Shown here in pieces: positions 55,360 through 64,000 of a stretch of DNA of 64,000 bases. The notes below the pieces were generated by a model. That model saw nothing but the letters and a program-made list of their open reading frames with translations, did no database searches and was not told where the DNA came from. Location of the stretch: assembly GCF_032062105.1 (NCBI RefSeq), contig NW_026931011.1, positions 186,001 through 250,000 on the forward strand, written 5' to 3'. Source of the stretch: Saccostrea cucullata (lineage: Eukaryota). The position numbers were made by a program, and so were the translations under genes. Position 1 is the first letter of the stretch. The number at the start of each line of letters is the position of its first letter.

Positions 55360-57088
55360 AATAACGGAATTTCCTGTGAATTCACTGCCTGATTTGTGCA
55401 ATAATATTTTTTGTTAAATAAAGCATTTCATTTACATAGGTTCAGCTTGATTCTGTTAAATAACATATGTATATCGTGTATTTTATCAAACATGCATTGG
55501 AGAAATTCTATAGATTCTCTTTAAATGCAACAAAAGGTTATATTTGCCCCATAATGGCATTTTAAGAACTCCCTTAACAATATATTGCACGTGTGAAAAA
55601 TGAAAATGTGTGAAAATGAAAATTTATTCATATTTGAATCTTCAGTTTAAAGCATTGATTTTTTTGTTTTTTTTTATTTACTGATTAACTTATACAGACA
55701 TGTACTGTACAATTAGGGTAAATTGCATTTGCTAGTTCTAATTTTTTTTTTATTTGAAGGAATGTCAAGAAAAAATGCACACATTTATGCCTTTATTCAA
55801 TTTAATTATACGCGTGTGTATACATATGTTGGTCAATGGTGATTTGTTTACTTTCACGATAAGTACACACGACCCATTGTTTTTGTTCGCGATATGGAGC
55901 ACCATAACAGTTTTAAACTTTTGACCCTCTCTACTTAATTCCTGTTCATTTCGGACTTTCGGGAATAGGATGAAGCGTCAACTTCTGGTCTCAAACATCC
56001 ATTTTCTTTTGCCGCCTTTCCTTTAACACCTACTTTGAAAGCGGCTTCAGCTTCTTGCAGGTGATTATTTTAACAAAGGGGTCTTGATCCTGCCTTTTGT
56101 GTGTAAATTTTGATTTTATCTGGCCACCGGCGATCAAACCCTAATTTTTTTGGTTGTTTCTTACAACAGGTCACCTGTCAAATCCAGGGCATGGTACGGC
56201 ACCAAATGTAACGGGAGAGGAGAAATGCAGCGGACAGGCCCTTTTTTTCCAAACACAACTTTTTAATATAAAAAGCTAATCTGGCCACCGGCGATTGAAC
56301 CCCCCTGACCGCCACATGTGTTTTTGCACTGTTCAAAGAAGTTGAAACTTAACCACCTAACCCTCCTCAAGTTTTAAGGGGGGAATTTAAATTATTCTTT
56401 GGCCCCCAGTGGGTCCAGGGCAAAGCCCCCCCCCCCCACCCCACACACACGTTTTTTCAAACTGTGATTTACGTTAATTTTGACAATTTTAGGGGGGGGG
56501 CTGCGCGCGCCGGGGGGCGCCCCCCCTTAAATCCGCCACTGGGGTGGGGTGGGGGTGGGACTGCCCCTTTTTTCCGAACATAACTTTTTAATATAAAAAG
56601 CTAAAAGTAAATGCATTTTTTGCACTGTTTAAAGAGGGAAACTTTTAACCATCAAGTTTTAATCAGGAATTTAAATTATTCTTTGCCCATCCCCCCCCCC
56701 CCCCACACACTTTCAAAAGCGACGCTACATCACTGTACAAGAAAGTAAATGCATCGAAATGCTTGGGGAAACTTTTAAATCAAGGTAACGTAAACTTTAT
56801 ATTTTTAAAGAGAAATATATATATATAAGCTGTTAAACGGCCCAGTGTTTATTTAAAGTTGTGTTTTAAATTAATACCAAACTATAAAATTTAATTATTA
56901 GTTTTCTGCCCCCTCCCCCCCCCCCCCATTTGTATATTTGAAAAAAATTATGCTGCAACAATGTGATTCATAACTTGATTCATTATTGGTCAGCTACTCC
57001 GAGAACTCGATAATCTTTACCATAATGCCTTTCCGTACTCTGGTTATACGAAAAAAAAAGCCTCAGGGTTACTGACTAAGCGCGTGCA

Positions 57089-57096
57089 TATAAATA
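57089..57096 (+). promoter_or_regulatory. TATA box of the putative microprotein gene
   Basis: TATAAATA preceded by GC-rich GCGCGTGC, with an Inr-like CAGT ~30 nt downstream (57118-57121). Confidence 0.5.
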
Positions 57097-57155
57097 GAAG
57101 ACCTTGTTTACAACGAACAGTACTTCCAAACCGCCACATAGACAAAGAAGACAAA

Positions 57156-58909
57156 ATGAAGGAAACTAATTGTCGAGGGAGGAGTTTTACCAGTGTTCCC
57201 CGAGTCCAGAGGAACAACCGGACAGTGTCCGAGGGTGAGTGCAATAAGTCCTGCATTGTCTGGACATATTTATTGAACGGGAATATTCCATATGGACATA
57301 TAAAAATACTGCATTCTGTCAATGTCAGACTGTTTTGTTTACATTCATGATTGTGCCATCTTTTTTATACAATGATTTTATCAAATGTTCTCTCTAGGCT
57401 ATTAAACAATATAAAGTGCTGAATTTGTGGGGTAGGCTTATCGTTTAATTAAACCGCTTTGGGGTTATAATGATTTAATGCTATGTTCCAACATTTGTAG
57501 AATTAATAGATGAATAATCATTATAGCCTTCATCCGGCCTCTTCCTAATATGTTAATATGAAACGTGGTTTTTACAGTACTGACGTAATGATAAAAAAAA
57601 TGTTTGGAAATCAAATGAAATTGCACTTGCCAACATTCTTTTCGTTTTCCCAATCTCAGTGTATACATACTGCACATTGTAAATAATGTACGGTCTGTAT
57701 GAATGGTGTATTCAAGGTCGTCTGAACAATTTTATGTCATTAATCACGACAAACAATAGTTTACAACGTAATGCCATGATCGTCAGCAATATGACCTTTA
57801 AAACCTCACCAGGTAAAAAGAGAGAGAGAATCGCTCAAAACGTACTTGGAGTTTCAATTTTATATTAGAGTCGTTATGATGCATTCTTTGCAATCCTTGT
57901 AAGTTTCAGTATCTGTATTATTTATATTTTTGTATTCCATCTGGCCCAGTTCAGTTGAATTCTTCCTTCTACTTTTGACATTCGTGGTACATTTGTACAA
58001 ATTTTGAGTGAAGTGGCGTCATAGGAAATAGTGCTAGACCATATTCAAATGTACAAATGAATATTTCCTACCATGGGCATGAATGGAAGTGAATTAGTAA
58101 TGCAGTGCAAAAATGAAAGAGAGAGAGAGAGAGTGCGAGACTTTTACCAGTAAACTAAATCCAAGTTATTGGTGGTATATAAGTAAGCTCTACATTTGTA
58201 CTGGACTTGAAAACTGTATTCTGACACCCAGATCTTCTTTATATGAAAGCATTTAATAATTCAAATTTAACTACATGGTTAACACAATCTATTCACAGAT
58301 TTATGTGAAAATACATATGTTCGAGATATAAATTTATTCTGTACATTCTTTTTCGTCAACATCAATAATGAACATATAAACTAAAAATAAATAATTCAAA
58401 ATGCAGATTTTCCTTCTCAGAAACATTTGAGCATGATCAAGTCATTTGTTGATTATCAGATATAGAGTTACGCACCTTTCCTCATCGGGATCTTCAAAGA
58501 AAATCGCGAAAAAATTTTTGCATGATTGTCATTAAACTCACCTAAAACAAATTTCAGTTTTAGTTAAGTACATATTTTATTTATTATACATGAATAAGAT
58601 TGAACAGCGGGCATGAATGCAAATTATCGTTCTCTTTATAGATCTTTTAACCAAATCTAAGGTGATTAAATTTTTCATTTTCTTTTTCAAAATGTTTCCG
58701 AAAAAATCAAGAAATCTGAGAAGACTGTTGAATTTTCCTTGAATTTTTGTTTTGCAGGAGACACTGGAAACGAGGCAACGATGCCGCCAGAATATAGAGA
58801 CGTGTGGATGTCGTTCAACAGAGTTCTTAGCATTTCTACAGAGAGACTGGTTCACCGGGATGAACGCTGCCTCAGTCAAGACGGAAACAAACACGCTACG
58901 CACATTTGA
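57156..58909 (+). CDS. Putative two-exon orphan microprotein, 76 aa
   Basis: Exon 1 57156-57234 (AAAATG start; GAGG|GTGAGT donor); exon 2 58758-58909 (TTTTTGTTTTGCAG acceptor; TGA). A phase-1 join gives MKETNCRGRSFTSVPRVQRNNRTVSEGDTGNEATMPPEYRDVWMSFNRVLSISTERLVHRDERCLSQDGNKHATHI. Both exons are GC-richer than the flanks. No homology recognised. Confidence 0.5.
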
Positions 58910-59574
58910 TCAGATTTCAATCCCATTGAGCCAAGCAGAACATTGTACACCGGTGTAGGAACTGTTTTTTGTGTTTGTCCGAGTCTGGTTCTAATGACTC
59001 TCTTTAAAACTTATCATCGGATTGCAAGGAAGTCATTTTACGACTTTGTAAACAAGGGTCCCGCGCTCAGTCACAGTCACGTGACTTTTGCGATAACCCA
59101 TAAACGTTCCATTGTCCACTTAATGTAATTCAACCAAGTGTTTTTTTTTACAAACAATTTTTTATTGTGAACAGGATGTATCACAATAGCTTTTTTGTAT
59201 ATATTTCATATATTATTTGAGTTATTAAAAACATCTGTATATAGTACTGGAACTTCGATTCTTTCATGTTTTCCGAAACCATTTTGTGAAAACGTCATTG
59301 CTTGTCTCGTTAAAGCTTCCAAGATGCAAGTTTTAGACAACCTAAGACTTTATTTTTTTGGTTATCTGCTTTCAAATTAAAGTGAAAGCTTAGAAATGAT
59401 GCATGTATTTTTTGTTTAAAATGATGGGTTCACTTAATAATGATCACCAATTAATATTCGAATTTATACATGATTTCACCAATTCCAACAAATAAAATCG
59501 CTCTATTGAAAAGAAACATTACCTGTATTTGTTTAAAGAAGTATTTCAAGTCTACATGAGAATTTTATCAAGTA

Positions 59575-60370
59575 CTGTAATTGGCTGAAACCTCAAGTGT
59601 GCTTAATGCATTTCAGTCTGTAAACTTTTCACATTTCCGACTTCTTCTCGAAAACCACTGTGTCAGTTTCGACCAAACTTGCCATAAAGTATCCTTGAGT
59701 TAAGGATAAAAAAGTTTGTTCAAAAGAAGTCTATACCCTCTTTCAAGGGAGAGATTATATAAAAAAAAAATTGTGAAAATTTGATGGCATCTTAAAAAAA
59801 TCTTATTATTAAAAAAAAAAACAAACCGGTACAAGAACCAGTGGTCCAGAAAAGTTGAAAAATCTCAGAAAGCTTCCTTACAAAGTGTAGATTAGTAATT
59901 TGATCAAATAGCGACCGGGGGGCTGGGTGCGACTTAATTGAGGATCTAAGTTTTATGTAATACCATATAAGTGGAAATTTAAGCGAGGCGCAAATTTAGA
60001 GATTTGTCCCTAAAAACTGGTATTGTATTTTTAGCGAGATGTCATTTTAGCGATTTTAAAATGCATACTAAAGAAGCTATAAATAATAAAACGCAATTAA
60101 TTTTTAGCGATATTCAATTTTAGCGATCTCGGCATCCTCGCTAATAATGCCAAAATTAAATCCTCGCTAATACGGTATATAGGAAAATCTTTCAAAATCT
60201 TCTGATGAAGAGCAACAAAGCCATGATCAGTAATATTACAATGAAAGGATCCTCAGGTACTGTAGATTCAAGTTTATTAAATCATGTAGGGTGGAGCTAT
60301 ATTGAAGGATCACATAAGAATAAACAGAAAAAATATTTTGAAGGATTATTCTGAAAAACATCGAAGTCCC
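59575..60370 (+). mobile_element. Decayed satellite-bearing HINE-like element with nested MITE (59961-60177)
   Basis: GTCTGTAAACTTTTCACATTT..GACTTCTTCTC matches the reverse of 22508-22545. The nested piece has TACC...AGCGAGG / CCTCGCT...GGTA inverted ends and internal TTTTAGCGA repeats. Confidence 0.55.
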
Positions 60371-60605
60371 TGCGTGCCACGGTGGTTAGAGCGTCTTCTA
60401 GATTCGCGGAGAAAGTAGTCGGTTGAAACACAATATAGGGAACAGTAAGGTTGCACTTGGGGGTAAAAAATTAAAGTCTTTATTTTGCCCCAAAAATATT
60501 TTTTCTAAAAAGTAGAGTATCTAAAGGATCTGAAACATAAATGGTTTTGTGAAATTCACATCAGAACTTAGTTTTTTACAAGCTGATAATAACCTCATTT
60601 TCACA

Positions 60606-62512
60606 GGTTACGGACACTACAAGTGTTGTTTTCTTTGAAATAAATATTGAAAACTGTTTATAAACTCTAATTTTTTCAACTGCTCACAAATAAACAACAT
60701 ATAAAAATACAAAATATGGACCAAAGTTTGACTAAAAAAGGTGGCATTATACTTAAATATGAAAACTGTTCTTACTTCGTACATTTTTGTTTAAAATGGT
60801 AGCATTTCATTTCATGTGAACTCTTTAAAATCAATATAAATAAAGAAAAACCTATTTATAAATAACACTTTTATGCGTTTGTTCAAATATAAATACTTCT
60901 ATTAAAATAGGAAATCTCATTTTCATAAATTTTCTAAAATAATTTGATAATTTCATTGAGTTACGGACACTACAAAACCCAATTATTTATGATTGGCGTT
61001 TGGTTTTGGTAAAACAAAAAATATTTTATAAACTTCTGAACTATTATAAAATACAAAGCATACAAACTAGATATTGTTTCAAGTAAAAACAATTTACTTC
61101 CATAACTAATGCCAATAGAAAGAAATCCACATTAAGAAAATCCTGAAACTTCCTTTTTCACATAACTGAAGTGCAGAAGAAAAGTTCTTTAATTCATTAA
61201 AGTTTTATGAAAACTATTTAGAATGTAGGTACACTGCATAATCAATGAAATCAATTAACCAAATTTAAGGGTTACCGACACTATACAATACTTTAATTTT
61301 TCACAGGCAAAGCGTTTTATTTCTTGTTTCAGTTTCTCCCGACTTTTTTTTATTCTTCAGATCTCAGCATCATCTGTTAAAAGCATATACCATAACCAAT
61401 ATACTTTGAATAAATATATACACATATAACTTTATACAGGTGTTATGTGCAAGTAGAAATTCAAACCTTGAAGAATAAAGCTCACTAATATTTCTTCAAT
61501 TATTTTTTTTATTCTGTGAAGCATTCTATTTTTCTTCAAACAGTTAAATATACAATACTTTATCTGAAATTGGTGTAATTTTAGTCGTTTTCTTTTTTGA
61601 AATTTTTGTAGTGTCCGTAACCAAATTACTTCCCCACTGTTTAACATTTTGAATGCAAATTTACTTGCATTTAATACATTTTATGATATTACCTAATAAG
61701 CAACTAGACAACTGAAGCAATATATCACAAGAAATATGGGTTATGTAACTCATGATTAATAATTTCTAACTATTTTTATATGTCATTGTTGGTGTCCAAT
61801 CAATATTTTAGTACTTGCAGTAAAGAAAAAATCATATGATCTAAAAAAATTCCAGCTAATAAACACATTTTCATCTCTAAATTTAAAAATACACCGTTTC
61901 AAAAATTTATCTGTAAATTTTATGGAGAAAAAATAGAGATATTTCATTTTTCAACTTTTGGTTACGGACACTACACACTCTACAAGTACAAGTTATTTAA
62001 AATAGGATGAAACTTAACCTTAAACAGAGGAATTTCAACAAGATTTTCTTAAATGTAACACCAATTGACTTAAACAATGAAAAAATAATGACAAGCTATT
62101 TGACTTAAATCCTAGGATGTCAATAGCATCTGCCAATATCAAGGTGATGTAACACCAAGGATCTTGTATATGGAAAGTGCAATCTGGGTTTCCCAAAATA
62201 GTTGCATTATCAAAATGAGGGAGAAAAATAAAGTACATTGACAAACTTGTTAAACAAACTTCTGACCCTTGTGAATAAACTAGCATTAGTGTTTTAACAC
62301 CGCCTCAAACTACCTCAAGTACAGGTTACGGACACTACAGGGTTTTGTAGTGTCCGTAACCACATTTGTGATGATAACAGTGAAACAGTGGTGATGATCA
62401 GGAAGATAACAACACATCTCGGCATTTATATGAGATGCCTATCTAAGAAATTAGTTAAGATATTTATAGAGCCTTCCAATTTCACAGAATTTAAGTGGTT
62501 ACGGACACTACA
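60606..62512. repeat. Dispersed array of eight 16-bp GGTTACGGACACTACA motifs in both orientations
   Basis: Copies at 60606(+), 60959(+, 1 mismatch), 61270(+, 2 mismatches), 61607(-), 61960(+), 62324(+), 62346(-), 62497(+). Confidence 0.9.
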
Positions 62513-62621
62513 GTTTTTTTGTAAAATCTTAATATTCCACATTAAAACATGATGAAATTTCTTTACAATTGCTACATTCCACCAATGTGGTATTCTTAAT
62601 TCGCCCTATATAGGCTATATT

Positions 62622-62860
62622 GTGTTTCACCCGAGTTGATCCTTTTGCGGCGGGTTCGAACCTCGCTGTGGAACGTGCAGACCGGTCCTCCGGATGAGAC
62701 GGTAAGAACCGAGGTCTTGTGTCGCAGAAGGTGATGGCACGAAAAAGATTCCTAACTGCTCAATGGCCGAGTATATTGGGCAGGATTGCAGCTCTTCATC
62801 GGCAAGTGGTGGCGTCTGCATATGAAAAATTCTCGAGAGAGACGTTAAGCAATATACAAA
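62622..62860 (+). mobile_element. tRNA-derived SINE (5'-truncated)
   Basis: B-box GGTTCGAACC at 62653-62662; GC-rich body with CTCCGGATGAGACG...GGCACGAAAAAGAT...TGCTCAATGGCCG core; tail ...GACGTTAAGCAATATACAAA, as in molluscan SINE2 families. Confidence 0.7.
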
Positions 62861-63695
62861 GACACATTTATTACTGATAAGCTGTAAAAAAAAAAATAGA
62901 TAAATAAATTTTGACTTCTTGAAAGATTTTTAAAAACCCTATAGTCTGACAATCAAGACATCTTAAAAAAAGCACAATGCTTTAATGTTAAGATCTTGGA
63001 ATTTTTTCACTTTGACACTATCTTTAGGTTTACAGACATATTTTTCTTAAAGAAGTAATTTTTATCGTCAAGAAAGCTTTAAACACTTCATGCCAAAGAA
63101 CTCCGATTGTAATGCAGGTTTTATGCAGGTTTTAGAGTGATCTGCCCTTATGGAGTGACAGAATGTATAATAGATTCTCAGCATTATATTAGATCATAGA
63201 CCTTAGATCACGACAAGATAAAGTAACTAGACACAGTATTTATATATACATGTATATATGAACATACTTCATTATAATGCTGGATGCTGAGTTCAGTTAA
63301 AAAGTTGTTTTTTTTTTAATCCTTGTGCCATATTGATTTCATGCAAAGAAATACATTTCGTGTTTGTGATGATTTTCTAGATTTCGCTACAAATGTTTCA
63401 GGAACGATTTTTTAGGATGCATATGGTTCTGTAAATCAATGCGTCCTTGGAGACCGAGAAAACGTAGGAGAGCGACAGATCGACCGCTCGCGAACCAGGG
63501 AGCACGAAAATATATACTCCCAACAGTATTACAATGAAGCGATATTGCGACGCTAGAGAGCATCATTATTTCACTTTTTGGGAAATATTAAGTATAGAAT
63601 TATTAATTCAAAACAAAGAAGATTATTGTAATGACCGTTGCTTTTTGATATGTTTTAATGAATGATTTATTATTAATCATTTTATTACAAAAAAA

Positions 63696-64000
63696 TAGGG
63701 ATGTCAACGAGTACCCGGTTAACCGGGTACTCGATCGAACGTCCGAGTATCGAATACTAAAATCGGTATTCGGTTACTCGGATGTATATTTTCAAATATT
63801 TCTAAGCTTATTTATTAATGCACTAAACAATCTGTTTTAAAACGTAAAATACTCATTGCACTTGTACATAAAGTAATTAGGGTTTTAAATGTTATCGCCC
63901 GTGGCAGTGTTTATATAGTAATTATCGTGACCAAGCACCTGTTACCTGGCTTTTCTCACCTTCGACTGTCTTCTACCCTTTTTTTGACTTTCTTTAATTA
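63696..64000. mobile_element. Left end of a hAT-like MITE running out of the window
   Basis: TAGGGATG terminus followed by the 26-bp perfect palindrome CGAGTACCCGGTTAACCGGGTACTCG (63708-63733) and repeated CGAGTA/TACTCG motifs. Confidence 0.55.

Noticed and set aside
58752-58958. 68-aa ORF (ETLETRQRC...CTPV) as the coding frame of the 58758 exon
   Set aside because: Needs a phase-0 upstream donor, while the only good upstream exon found (57156-57234) is phase 1 and selects the other frame. Not fully excluded.
60365-60430. Possible tRNA (GGTGGTTAGAGCG ... GGTTGAAAC)
   Set aside because: Only degenerate A/B-box remnants and no cloverleaf; at most a SINE relic.

Overview
AT-rich, intron-containing animal genomic DNA, not prokaryotic. 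The repeat landscape (Helentron-associated satellite-bearing elements, hAT/Harbinger/MULE MITEs, a tRNA-derived SINE, a Penelope-like RT relic) suggests a bivalve mollusc such as an oyster; this is inference. Manual splicing across GT-AG junctions gives five recognisable genes: the 3' end of an AGAP/centaurin-gamma ArfGAP (+, 1830-4882), the EGR corepressor NAB (-, 13997-22863), the MFS transporter SLC22A18 (-, 30150-38314), Rab32/38 (+, 38811/39543-47398, head-to-head with SLC22A18) and the SDR HSD17B14 (+, 50140-55359). Two further small spliced genes match nothing I recognise: a 105-aa Cys-rich protein with a Lys-rich tail (-, 8443-9240) and a TATA-driven 76-aa microprotein (+, 57156-58909). 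Most entries of the supplied ORF track are exon fragments, antisense shadows or repeat-derived. Highlights: (i) tandem arrays made of an exon 3' end plus its splice donor, found in two different genes; (ii) a U12-type (minor spliceosome) intron in Rab32; (iii) a 16-bp motif iterated about every 310-365 bp with unique spacers at 60.6-62.5 kb; (iv) MITF/TFE-type E-boxes clustered at the SLC22A18/Rab32 and HSD17B14 promoters; (v) the two orphan genes. No CRISPR arrays, rRNA or intact tRNA genes were found.
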